From positions 7,001 to 71,000 of the forward strand of contig CAXHCD010000010.1 in the NCBI GenBank assembly GCA_964015265.1: a stretch of 64,000 bases of DNA, given 5' to 3'. Below the pieces are notes generated by a model. It made no database searches and was not told the origin of the DNA. It was given only the letters and a program-made list of their open reading frames with translations. This stretch comes from an uncultured Oligoflexia bacterium. GTDB taxonomy: Bacteria > Bdellovibrionota > Bacteriovoracia > Bacteriovoracales > Bacteriovoracaceae. Both the position numbers and the translations under genes were made by a program. Positions 20,746 to 29,108 of the stretch are shown in pieces (the first letter of the stretch is position 1; each line of letters starts with the position of its first letter).

Positions 20746-21028
20746 AAAATTGTCTCCTTAAAAATATTTAATGGAACAAAATACTCCATTTCTTTAAAAA
20801 GATTTTTTCATTATTTGCTAGATATTTGTTTATTCTGCGTATCGAATAAGTCATTAAATTACCTTCTTTTCTCAAAATTAGTCTCCTTTCCTATGGGCAT
20901 AACTGCCCGAAAAAAGGGGTAAAATAATCGCTTATAATAAAATTGGTATCGAGTTTTAAGGTGTCAAGTCTTAGAAAATAAAAAATTATAATTGAGCTTT
21001 TTTGTCGAAAAGTATGTAGCCCAAAGTG

Positions 21029-21059
21029 ATACAGGGAGAAGTTTTTCTTCCCCCTGTAT
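21029..21059 (-). terminator. Hairpin downstream of hsp20 (possible terminator)
   Basis: ATACAGGGAGAAG-TTTTT-CTTCCCCCTGTAT, a 13-bp imperfect stem about 40 nt past the hsp20 stop. There is no clear U-tract. Confidence 0.35.
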
Positions 21060-21097
21060 TTGGCCTTGCCTATATGATTAAATGGAAATCCTTTAAG

Positions 21098-21574
21098 TTA
21101 ACTCTTTTCCTTTTCACTTAAAAGGTAGTTCCATGTTTTATTTTTAGGGCCTTCATTAATTTCAATTTTTTTTGGCTTCACTTTTTCAATTTTAGGTAAT
21201 GCAATATAAAGTACACCATCTTCGCAATGAGCTTGAACTTTATCCTTATCTACATATTTAGGCATATGAATAGTATGAGATATTTTTCTTGTGTTCTGTT
21301 CTCCCTCGTGAAATCTGTTTTTTCTAGTTGCATTAACTAAAATATGATCACCTTCAATTTGTAATTCCATACTTGATTTGTTTACGCCAGGTATATCAAC
21401 ACTAATGAAATATGCCTGATCAGTTTCTTTAAAGTCAGAGGAAGTAGAATTTTTCTCATTGCCTTCCCAAAGATTTTCAATTTCATTTATAACATCTTTG
21501 AAGTCTCTATTGACTCCCCAAAATGTTGGTTTTAAGTGAAGATTTCTTATTGGATAAACTGTTGTTCTTAACAT
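21098..21574 (-). CDS. Hsp20/alpha-crystallin small heat-shock protein
   Basis: AYFISVDIPGVNKSSMELQIEGDHILV and EDGVLYIALPK are alpha-crystallin domain signatures. Confidence 0.85.
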   Translation of the reverse strand: MLRTTVYPIRNLHLKPTFWGVNRDFKDVINEIENLWEGNEKNSTSSDFKETDQAYFISVDIPGVNKSSMELQIEGDHILVNATRKNRFHEGEQNTRKISHTIHMPKYVDKDKVQAHCEDGVLYIALPKIEKVKPKKIEINEGPKNKTWNYLLSEKEKS

Positions 21575-21888
21575 TAGTATTCTCCTTTGTTAGTTAAAAG
21601 ATTTGTTATTTTTTCATTTGGGTTTTTAGTTGTCGATGAGTAATGATCATTCGACCAATTTTCAGTTGAACAAGTATTTGTAGTTTTTAATGAAGTGATA
21701 AATGGAAATTCTACTTCTTCTCTGCAAAGTAATCCATTCGTATAACTCAAATAGTTCCACCGCCAAAAGTCTTGCTCCTTATCAATATTAAGCGGGGTAA
21801 TTAATTCTTCTTTTGCTATTACTTTATTTGCTGTAAGTGAAAAGGCAGCAATAAGAAGAAAGATTGAATACAAAAAATTCTTTTTCAT
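21574..21888 (-). CDS. Secreted hypothetical protein, translationally coupled to hsp20
   Basis: Signal peptide MKKNFLYSIFLLIAAFSLTA. GGAGG Shine-Dalgarno. TAATG stop/start overlap with hsp20. Confidence 0.5.
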   Translation of the reverse strand: MKKNFLYSIFLLIAAFSLTANKVIAKEELITPLNIDKEQDFWRWNYLSYTNGLLCREEVEFPFITSLKTTNTCSTENWSNDHYSSTTKNPNEKITNLLTNKGEY

Positions 21889-22213
21889 TATTACCTCCTG
21901 ACATAGTTATGTTCTTGAGACAAAAGTGATATACATAAAAAAAATGTCAAGCTTTAAGAATAACTTTTAATTGTAAAAATTTTTTTTCAAATTTTTATGC
22001 TTGACGAATTTTAAATTAATACTATCCTAGGATTGATGGTGAGTACTCCATCTTTTTTCAATGATTTAAGTTTAATAGTTAGGTTGTTGAAGAAGGAAGG
22101 GCTATTTAGTTATCGGCCACCTCTCAAAGCTTGAGTTATTAAACATAAAGAATAAAATAATATGTGCTGCTTTTAGTAAGTTAGTATTACGTTTTAGTGT
22201 TTATCAAGGAGGT

Positions 22214-22630
22214 ATGATGAAACCTTTTTCAACTTATCTGGATTCACACTTTAATAAGAACTTCACTAGAGACGAAGTTGACCTGAGTTTGGCTCCAGAG
22301 AAAATTATTACTGGAATTCTTAATCCGATTAAATGGTATGGAAATGGAAAAATTAAAGAATTTTCAATTTATTCAAATGAAGAGGACATTATTATTGAAG
22401 GTTATAGAAAAAAAAGAAAACTTGAAAATTTATTAAACAAGCTTGTAGTAGCAAAAGGACAAATAAGAATAGGTGAAAGCGGAGAAAAATTTATTAAACT
22501 TAAAAGTATAAAAGAATTAAAAAGTCCTACTTCACCTCCCGCTAATTTAATCAAACCAAGAGAGTCAATATTTGGTGAAGAATATTCAGTTCTGATACCA
22601 AAGGAATATGCATTTATTAAGCTTTATTAA
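22214..22630 (+). CDS. Hypothetical protein (first of a three-gene operon)
   Basis: 138 aa with AAGGAGG Shine-Dalgarno. No motif recognised. Confidence 0.5.
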   Translation: MMKPFSTYLDSHFNKNFTRDEVDLSLAPEKIITGILNPIKWYGNGKIKEFSIYSNEEDIIIEGYRKKRKLENLLNKLVVAKGQIRIGESGEKFIKLKSIKELKSPTSPPANLIKPRESIFGEEYSVLIPKEYAFIKLY

Positions 22631-22647
22631 ATTGGAGGTTTATTAAT

Positions 22648-22953
22648 ATGAAAAAGAAGGAACGATTTAGTAAGAGAGAAATACTAAAAGTTAAAAACCA
22701 TATAAAAAGAGTTTTCCCTCAGGCGAATAGAATTGATGTTAAAATTAGTGAATTACCAACGGGAGAATTTAAGTCTTTTATCAGAGTACATACTTCTTCA
22801 AGAAAAGAATTAATAGCACGAAAGAAAGATGAATCATTCAAGAAAAGTCTTGAAAAATCACATTTAGCAATAATCAGGCAAATTCATAAAGTTAGAACTA
22901 AATGGAATAGATATAAAAACGATGGAATGCCTGAATTCATAATGTCAGCCTAA
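22648..22953 (+). CDS. Hypothetical basic protein, weak HPF/RaiA (S30EA)-like pattern
   Basis: TGGAGG Shine-Dalgarno. RIDVKISE...FKSFIRVHTSS...SFKKSLEKSHLAIIRQIHKVRTKW resembles the beta-beta-beta-alpha part of hibernation factors. This is by-eye similarity only. Confidence 0.45.
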   Translation: MKKKERFSKREILKVKNHIKRVFPQANRIDVKISELPTGEFKSFIRVHTSSRKELIARKKDESFKKSLEKSHLAIIRQIHKVRTKWNRYKNDGMPEFIMSA

Positions 22954-22970
22954 AATTAGGAGATGTAGTT

Positions 22971-23342
22971 ATGAAGGTTTCAAAAGCGAAAAGAAAAAAT
23001 AGAAGATATCAAGTAAGGATAAGTGGGTTTCACTTGAAATTTGATGAGCAGTTAATGCTTCAAAAAGGAATTGTAAGAATCTTGAAGAAAATTCCTCAAG
23101 ACTCAAAAATTGAGTTTAAAATATCTAAAAAAATATTTTATGAGGCACAAATATTTATTAAGGGGTCAATGTTTGGATGTAAGTTCAATTCATCTTCTGG
23201 TAATTTAAAAAAATTATTAAGTATTATTTTTGAATTTACTGAAGATGAAATTGACACTTGGAAAAATTCTCCAGGGTACAATGATGAATTTGCTCCTTAC
23301 TTTGGAGGATATCCCTCTTACTATAAGGAGGTGAACATTTAA
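22971..23342 (+). CDS. Hypothetical protein, weak HPF/RaiA (S30EA)-like pattern
   Basis: TAGGAG Shine-Dalgarno. VRISGFHLKFDEQL..ILKKIP..KIEFKISKK..YEAQIFIKG.. aligns by eye with the YfiA/HPF beta1-alpha1-beta2-beta3 pattern. Confidence 0.45.
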   Translation: MKVSKAKRKNRRYQVRISGFHLKFDEQLMLQKGIVRILKKIPQDSKIEFKISKKIFYEAQIFIKGSMFGCKFNSSSGNLKKLLSIIFEFTEDEIDTWKNSPGYNDEFAPYFGGYPSYYKEVNI

Positions 23343-23366
23343 TATATTTCTTTGAGTAGGAGTATT

Positions 23367-24296
23367 TTATAACTTTTTTAAATTACCCATTTTTCCACTA
23401 TTAAAATCATTAATAGCTTCAATTATTTCTTGTTTACTATTCATAACGAATGGGCCGTACGCAACTATTGGCTCATCTATTGGTTCTCCGTTTAAAAGTA
23501 ACGCTTTAAAGTTTGACGATGTAGCAAACTCTAGACTTTTTCCATTTTTCTCAAAGATTAAAACACTTTGTTCCCGATATTCTTTTTCTTCCAATTTCAA
23601 AGTTCCTTTTAATATTAGAAGGATAGTATTCGTATTTTCTTTCAAATTTAAAGATAAATTTTCTTTTTTGGTACTAGAAATATCGTAAATATTAATTGGT
23701 GTGAATGTTGACGAGGGGCCTTTTGTTCCTTCATAATCTCCAGCTACAATGCGTATTACGGAGTTTTTATTTAATTTTATTTTGGGAATTGTTTCTTTTT
23801 TGATTCCTTGATACTTTGGTTCCGTCATCTTATATTTTTTAGGTAAGTTTATCCAAAGTTGGACCATTTCAAATGTTCCACCCGTTTTTGAGAACTCTTT
23901 TGAATGAAATTCTTCATGAACAATACCTTTTCCTGCAGTCATCCATTGGACATCTCCAGGTTTTATAATTCCTCCTCCGCCAGAAGAGTCTTTGTGTTCA
24001 ACCTCACCTTGGTATGCGAACGTAACTGTTTCTATTCCTCTGTGTGGATGTTCTCCAACGCCTTTTGGGCGATTAGTTTTGGGAAATTCTTTTGGAGGAG
24101 CATAGTCAATTAAAATAAATGGACTTATGTATATATTTAATTTTTCTGATGGTCTAAGTAGGTTGTAAACGTGGAATCCATCTCCTACCCAATGTTTTGT
24201 GTCACTACGATATGTGTATTTAATCTTTTTTATATTATCATTTATTTTCACTTTAAAGCCTTCTAGAGCAGAACTTCTTAAATTTCTTTTATTCAT
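23367..24296 (-). CDS. Pirin family protein
   Basis: HPHRGIETVTFAYQGEVEHKDS metal-binding cupin motif. 309 aa bicupin length. Confidence 0.85.
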   Translation of the reverse strand: MNKRNLRSSALEGFKVKINDNIKKIKYTYRSDTKHWVGDGFHVYNLLRPSEKLNIYISPFILIDYAPPKEFPKTNRPKGVGEHPHRGIETVTFAYQGEVEHKDSSGGGGIIKPGDVQWMTAGKGIVHEEFHSKEFSKTGGTFEMVQLWINLPKKYKMTEPKYQGIKKETIPKIKLNKNSVIRIVAGDYEGTKGPSSTFTPINIYDISSTKKENLSLNLKENTNTILLILKGTLKLEEKEYREQSVLIFEKNGKSLEFATSSNFKALLLNGEPIDEPIVAYGPFVMNSKQEIIEAINDFNSGKMGNLKKL

Positions 24297-24464
24297 TGTA
24301 ACTTATCTTTCTTCGAGCTTCAGTTATAAATGAGACTGTGTCTAAATAAAATCAAAGTTATCAATTATTATTTCATTTAAGGTGAGTTTAGGACTAAATA
24401 ATTTACACTCCCTTGACACATTTTTATGTTTTTTTGTGAGAGTCTTTTAAATAAGAAAAGGTAG

Positions 24465-25199
24465 ATGACAGTCATGAAACTTATAACTACATTGTTAATT
24501 GTATTTTTATCAAATTCTGTGTTAGCAAAATCAAAGTATAAAATTATAGCTTTTGATGCTTTTCCTATCTTTGATCCACGACCTATTTTTCTAAAGACGA
24601 AAAAGATGTTTCCTAAAAAAGGAGATGAATTAAACAAAATGTGGGTAAATAAACAGTTTGCTTATACTTGGTTAAGAGTTTCTGGTGATAAGTATAAAGA
24701 TTTTTTTAAGGTAACTGAAGACGCCTTGGTTTATTCTGCTAAGGCTATCGGTATCAAGCTAAGTGAAGTGCAGAGAAAGGAAATAATGAGTTCATATATG
24801 AGTTTGAAGCCTTGGCCTGATGTCGAAGACGCTTTGAAAAAGCTTAAAAAAGCAGGAATTAAGTTAACATTTTTGTCCAATTTTACTGAGAAGATGTTAA
24901 ATGCAGGAATCAAAAATTCAAACTTTCAATCCTTATTTTCACCTTTACTAAGTACGGACTTGGTGAAAACTTTTAAGCCAGATCCAAAGGCATATAGAAT
25001 GGCAACTGATAAATTTGGAGTGAAAAAAGATGAGGTCTTATTTGTTCCTTTTGCCGCATGGGATGCCGCGGGGGCAGAATGGTATGGTTACGATGTTTTT
25101 TGGGTAAACCGAATGAGTCAGACTAAAGAAGAGTTAGAAGCTCATTTAAAAAACAACGGAAAGTCTCTTAATGATTTAGTCGATTTTGTATTAAATTAA
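24465..25199 (+). CDS. Haloacid dehalogenase type II-like hydrolase with a signal peptide
   Basis: IIAFDAFPIFD (motif I), FLSNF, FKPDPKAY and FVPFAAWDAAGA. N-terminal MKLITTLLIVFLSNSVLA. An alternative ATG lies at 24474. Confidence 0.7.
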   Translation: MTVMKLITTLLIVFLSNSVLAKSKYKIIAFDAFPIFDPRPIFLKTKKMFPKKGDELNKMWVNKQFAYTWLRVSGDKYKDFFKVTEDALVYSAKAIGIKLSEVQRKEIMSSYMSLKPWPDVEDALKKLKKAGIKLTFLSNFTEKMLNAGIKNSNFQSLFSPLLSTDLVKTFKPDPKAYRMATDKFGVKKDEVLFVPFAAWDAAGAEWYGYDVFWVNRMSQTKEELEAHLKNNGKSLNDLVDFVLN

Positions 25200-25576
25200 A
25201 AAATTATATCTAATAACCATTTGTCTAGTTCAAATTCAAGCTCAACTTTGACCATTACTCCCTCAACTATTGATTCTTTCTTTCTGATAAGGGCCTTAAT
25301 GGGAATAAGATAGGATTTTGCTTTTGTATCATACCAAATAGCGGTATTCCATTTTGTTGTTCCAATTGTGGCACAAGTTTTAAGGCGCCCCCATCCTTCT
25401 TCTGAAACATGATGAGTTTTCCTAATTTTATTTGAAACGGATTTAGGAAGAGTGATAAAATACCACCCACCTGGCCCTCTATTTTTCCACAGTTTTCCTC
25501 GAAATGAGTATGAGAATTTTTGATTTTTAACTGAAAGGTTTTTTTTCTGGGAGCTATTCATTAATAATATCTGCAA
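25196..25576 (-). CDS. DUF1905 domain protein
   Basis: GGWYFITLPKSVS...GWGRLKTCATIG...YLIPIKALIRKK resembles DUF1905. The start could instead be at 25561. Confidence 0.55.
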   Translation of the reverse strand: MQILLMNSSQKKNLSVKNQKFSYSFRGKLWKNRGPGGWYFITLPKSVSNKIRKTHHVSEEGWGRLKTCATIGTTKWNTAIWYDTKAKSYLIPIKALIRKKESIVEGVMVKVELEFELDKWLLDIIF

Positions 25577-25928
25577 AAGTTAGCATTTCGAGTCCTTCAA
25601 ATTTAACAACCTCTATTAAATCTAAGAAAGATAAAGCATGTTTATTTTTAGTCCATTTTTCACATATTTTTTGAGCATCATTTTTAGTATTAGCGATAGT
25701 AACATCCGCATAAAGATTTTCTTCTATTTTAATAATCATGTGCCTTACAAGAGCTTTCTCTTTAGAGAGAAATAATTTCTCCATTTCTTTATTGGCCGTG
25801 ATAATTTGTTCCTCATTAACCTCAATCTTTCTTTTAAAAAAACCTATTTCAAAACCTTTTTGCATTTGTTCTCCCATTTTCGTGTCTTTTGCAGTAATTA
25901 TATCTAAAAATATGTCATTATATGGCAT
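25554..25928 (-). CDS. Hypothetical protein
   Basis: 124-aa ORF divergent from the WYL regulator gene. No motif recognised. Confidence 0.45.
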   Translation of the reverse strand: MPYNDIFLDIITAKDTKMGEQMQKGFEIGFFKRKIEVNEEQIITANKEMEKLFLSKEKALVRHMIIKIEENLYADVTIANTKNDAQKICEKWTKNKHALSFLDLIEVVKFEGLEMLTFADIINE

Positions 25929-25948
25929 ATTAATTAGCTTGGATAAAT

Positions 25949-26683
25949 ATGGGAAAAGGTAGTTTAAAAGATAAGCAACATAGACACTCTTTAATTTTGT
26001 CTCTTCTTAGAAATGAAGATTTTTGGACGACGGAATTACTTTGTAAAAATCTCTCGATTGGCCCTCGTACTTTAATGAGAGATTTATCAGAACTACGAGA
26101 ATTAGGTCACCCTATTGAGTCAGAGAGAGGGAGAGGTGGGGGTATATCACTCAAAGGTAGATGGGGACTAACAAAGCTGCTTTTAAACAATGAAGAAATT
26201 ATAAGTATGCTTGTCTCATTAGCTATTGTTGATGCGATTGGGACACCACTTTTTGGTGAAAATTTGAAAAGTATAAGAAAACGAATTTCTGATTCCTTTC
26301 CATTTGAACAAAAAGAGTTAATTAAAAATTTAAGAAAGAGAATATTTATAGGTAAAAGTGCCTCAAGAGATATTTTAAATTCATATTCTCCACCTAAGAG
26401 TTCAATATTAAATAATATGAGTAGATCGTTTTTTCTTCAGAAAATAATTTCAATAAGTTATAAAGATGCTAAAGGTATAATTACAGAGAGGACGATAGAA
26501 CCTAAGATTTTGCTATTAAATTGGCCAATATGGTATTTTTTATGCTGGGACAAATCAAAAAATGATTCACGACTATTTAGGATTGATAGAATCGAAAAAG
26601 TAAAAATTCTCAATTATAATTTTAAAATTAATAATATGAAAAATATGATGAAAGATTTTGAAGATTATTTTGAACAGCTTTAA
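25949..26683 (+). CDS. HTH plus WYL domain transcriptional regulator (YafY-like)
   Basis: N-terminal wHTH (TTELLCKNLSIGPRTLMRDLSELRELGHPI). WYL-type domain ISISYKDAKG..RTIEP..WYFLCWD...RLFRIDRI. Confidence 0.75.
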   Translation: MGKGSLKDKQHRHSLILSLLRNEDFWTTELLCKNLSIGPRTLMRDLSELRELGHPIESERGRGGGISLKGRWGLTKLLLNNEEIISMLVSLAIVDAIGTPLFGENLKSIRKRISDSFPFEQKELIKNLRKRIFIGKSASRDILNSYSPPKSSILNNMSRSFFLQKIISISYKDAKGIITERTIEPKILLLNWPIWYFLCWDKSKNDSRLFRIDRIEKVKILNYNFKINNMKNMMKDFEDYFEQL

Positions 26684-26909
26684 GATAAGGCCATCTTACT
26701 AAAAGTTACTGGAAATAAAAAAGTTTTGCGATTTTATTCTTCAACAATTACTCTGATTTTTATTATTTGGCTTAATTAGCTCTAGTTCTTCATTATATCG
26801 AATAGAGCGAGCAGAAACATTAGTTTTTTTACTACTTTATTTGTTTTCATAAATAGCTTTACCTTAATATAATGTTATAGTTTAGAATAAGTGAAAAAGG
26901 AGTCGGGAT

Positions 26910-27308
26910 ATGATGAAAGGGAGTTGTTGTTGTAAAAGTGTCTGTTTTGAAATTACTGAGCAACCTGAAATGATGGGGACATGTCATTGTACAAGATGTC
27001 GAAAAAGTGGGGCAAGTACATTCCTTTTAGTAAAAAAAGAGTTTATAAAAATCAAAAAAGGCTACGACTTCATATCAACCTATCATCCAGAGGAAGGTTA
27101 TAAGTATAGGAGAAATTTTTGTAAAAAGTGTGGATCAGCCCTTGGAGAAATTATTTCTAATGAGAAAATGGTACCGGTGCCAGCAAATACAATTGATAAT
27201 GAACTTAGATTGAGCAATAATTTTCACGAATTTGTTTCAGAAAAACCCAAGTGGTATGAAATATGTGATGATGCAAAACAGTTTTTAGGACATCCAACAG
27301 AAGATTGA
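26910..27308 (+). CDS. GFA (glutathione-dependent formaldehyde-activating/CENP-V) family protein
   Basis: Cys clusters CCCKSVCF, CHCTRCRKSG and CKKCGS are typical of GFA zinc sites. Confidence 0.75.
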   Translation: MMKGSCCCKSVCFEITEQPEMMGTCHCTRCRKSGASTFLLVKKEFIKIKKGYDFISTYHPEEGYKYRRNFCKKCGSALGEIISNEKMVPVPANTIDNELRLSNNFHEFVSEKPKWYEICDDAKQFLGHPTED

Positions 27309-27385
27309 ATCTAAGCCTTCTTCGAGAGGATATAATTTTACTAAGATTATGAAAAGAATAATCTTAGTATAAGAAGGGATAAATA

Positions 27386-28045
27386 ATGGATAATTTGACT
27401 GATGACGAATTAAAAGAAATCGCTAAACAGTTACGTTGCCCAAGTGGAATTAAGGGCGATGAAGTTAGTGAGATTATGGAGGAGACAAACTCATCTATGA
27501 TACTTACGACAATTGAGCACCTAGATTTAAAAATGGGAGATATTTTATTCGAGCTTGGCCCTGGAAATGGATATCATTTGGGGGAATTAATTGAAAAATG
27601 TAAACAAGTTTATGCGGTAGATATTTCAAAGTTAATGATTGAAAAAATAAAATCTAGGTATAAGAAAGAAATCGAAGAAAAAAAATTGATACCTTTAGTA
27701 GGAGATGGAAAAAACATTAACATCTCAAAGGGAGCAATTGATAAAGGTTTTACAGTTAATACGATTTATTTTTGGGAAGAACCGAAGAGATATCTTTGTG
27801 AAATTAGTGAATGTTTTAGGCCAGGTGGAGAATTTATAATTACGTATGCCCATAAACGCTTTATTGAAACAATGCCCTTTACTCAATATGGTTTTAATGC
27901 CTATGACGAAGAGCAGGTCGAATCTCTTTGTAAGGAAACGTCTTTCTCTATTATTTCTCAGACGAGTAAAATCGAAACTGTTAACTCTAAGATAGGTAAG
28001 ACTGTTCAAAGAGAATTTATTGTTGCTAGATTAAAAAAAGATTAA
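27386..28045 (+). CDS. Class I SAM-dependent methyltransferase
   Basis: Motif I ILFELGPGNGYH and a post-I acidic residue (YAVDIS). 219 aa. Confidence 0.75.
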   Translation: MDNLTDDELKEIAKQLRCPSGIKGDEVSEIMEETNSSMILTTIEHLDLKMGDILFELGPGNGYHLGELIEKCKQVYAVDISKLMIEKIKSRYKKEIEEKKLIPLVGDGKNINISKGAIDKGFTVNTIYFWEEPKRYLCEISECFRPGGEFIITYAHKRFIETMPFTQYGFNAYDEEQVESLCKETSFSIISQTSKIETVNSKIGKTVQREFIVARLKKD

Positions 28046-28090
28046 GCTCTTCGTTAATAACTTTAACCAAATGGTTTGTTTATACAAATC

Positions 28091-28113
28091 AAAAATGCCT
28101 TTTTGGCATTTTT
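28091..28113. terminator. Bidirectional hairpin terminator
   Basis: AAAATGCC-TTTTT-GGCATTTT with A/T runs on both sides, between the methyltransferase gene (+) and tRNA-His (-). Confidence 0.5.
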
Positions 28114-28267
28114 GTCGGGCGTGAACTTCGTTCGAGCCCAACTTAATACAATCATTAATTTCAAATTCCCTGAGGCTTAAGTGAAAAACGAGCAATGTCG
28201 AAGGTATGATAAGTGACTGAGGTATTGACGAAGTTTTGAGCTTAATGGTTAGGGGATTTCAAATTAA

Positions 28268-28344
28268 TGGGGTGGACGATGGGACTCGAACCCACGACAA
28301 CCAGAACCACAATCTGGCGCTCTACCAACTGAACTACGTCCACC
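28268..28344 (-). tRNA. tRNA-His (anticodon GTG), CCA encoded
   Basis: The reverse complement GGTGGACGTAGTTCAGTTGGTAGAGCGCCAGATTGTGGTTCTGGTTGTCGTGGGTTCGAGTCCCATCGTCCACCCCA folds as a cloverleaf. The anticodon loop is TTGTGGT. The extra 5-prime G(-1) pairing with C73 is His-specific. Confidence 0.9.
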
Positions 28345-28360
28345 ATTAATTGAATGTCAA

Positions 28361-28389
28361 TTTATAGATGGGCTAGAGTTGTTAGTCAA
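28361..28389 (-). promoter_or_regulatory. Putative sigma70-type promoter for tRNA-His
   Basis: On the minus strand, TTGACT - 17 nt - TATAAA ends about 17 nt upstream of the mature tRNA 5-prime end. Confidence 0.4.
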
Positions 28390-28492
28390 TGAAATTTAAG
28401 GTTTTTGCCTTGCGTAAAACTCTAAGAAATTTTGACGTCGAGCGAATCTAGTGAAACAATATTCTCATATGACAATGAAATGAGGAGAAAAG

Positions 28493-29107
28493 ATGAAAGG
28501 AATCAAGTTATTTTCTTTAATTTTGGGACTTGTAGCGTCTTCAAACTCTATGGCCTATGGGCTTGGACAAAGTTCTTACCCACTAATGATTGATTCAAAA
28601 GCAATCTCAACTGAATTTACAGGAATTGTATCTACAGGTGGAGGAGTTGGTCTTCAAGCGAGATATACTCAAAAGCTAAATTCTAAGACTATTGTTGATG
28701 CAGGTTTAGGAATTTCTGGAGGAGAGAGATCTTCGAGACTTTTTGCTGGTATGGATTATGAAATTCTTCCAGATTATGGAAATCAACCAAAGTTTACTTT
28801 AAAAGGAAGTTTTGAATCAGCAAAAGAATTTAATACACGATTAAACATAATCGGCCTTGCGCCGACTATTTCTAAAGGATTTAGTTTTTGGGGGCAGGAA
28901 GCCTACCCTTTTCTTGCGTTACCTATTGGAATTGGACTTGAGAGTGAGTCGAAAACTTACTCTACAAGAACACAGGTCAGTACAGGTATCACTGGAAAAT
29001 TACCGATTGAAGGTTATAGACATTTAACTGGAAGTTTAGAAGCAAACTTCAATTTAAGTGATAGCCATTCTTCAGTAATAATAGGTCTAGCATATCCTTT
29101 AGACTAA
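28493..29107 (+). CDS. Secreted hypothetical protein, possibly a small outer-membrane beta-barrel
   Basis: Signal peptide (…SSNSMA), GAGGAG Shine-Dalgarno, and an alternating Gly/aromatic-rich beta-like pattern. Confidence 0.45.
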   Translation: MKGIKLFSLILGLVASSNSMAYGLGQSSYPLMIDSKAISTEFTGIVSTGGGVGLQARYTQKLNSKTIVDAGLGISGGERSSRLFAGMDYEILPDYGNQPKFTLKGSFESAKEFNTRLNIIGLAPTISKGFSFWGQEAYPFLALPIGIGLESESKTYSTRTQVSTGITGKLPIEGYRHLTGSLEANFNLSDSHSSVIIGLAYPLD

Positions 29108-29108
29108 T

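Noticed and set aside
20894-20915. GGGCA-TAAC-TGCCC hairpin followed by an A-run
   Set aside because: The stem is only 5 bp. The A/T runs are on the wrong side for a terminator on either strand relative to the flanking genes.
21945-21950. TTGACA upstream of the hsp20 operon as a sigma70 or sigma32 promoter
   Set aside because: No acceptable -10 lies at 16-18 nt (only ACTTTT), and there is no CCCCAT-type sigma32 -10. A similar isolated TTGACA at about 20963-20968 also lacks a partner hexamer.
24377-24637. 86-aa minus-strand ORF between the pirin and HAD genes
   Set aside because: It overlaps the 5-prime end and signal-peptide codons of the HAD dehalogenase-like gene. It has no Shine-Dalgarno and an implausible composition.
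25738-25962. 74-aa plus-strand ORF
   Set aside because: It is antisense to the 124-aa gene and runs into the WYL regulator start. It has no independent support.
21889-28344. Genomic island integrated at the 3-prime end of tRNA-His
   Set aside because: I could find no integrase, no recombinase and no direct repeat of the tRNA 3-prime end. The gene content is ordinary metabolic and stress functions with similar composition.
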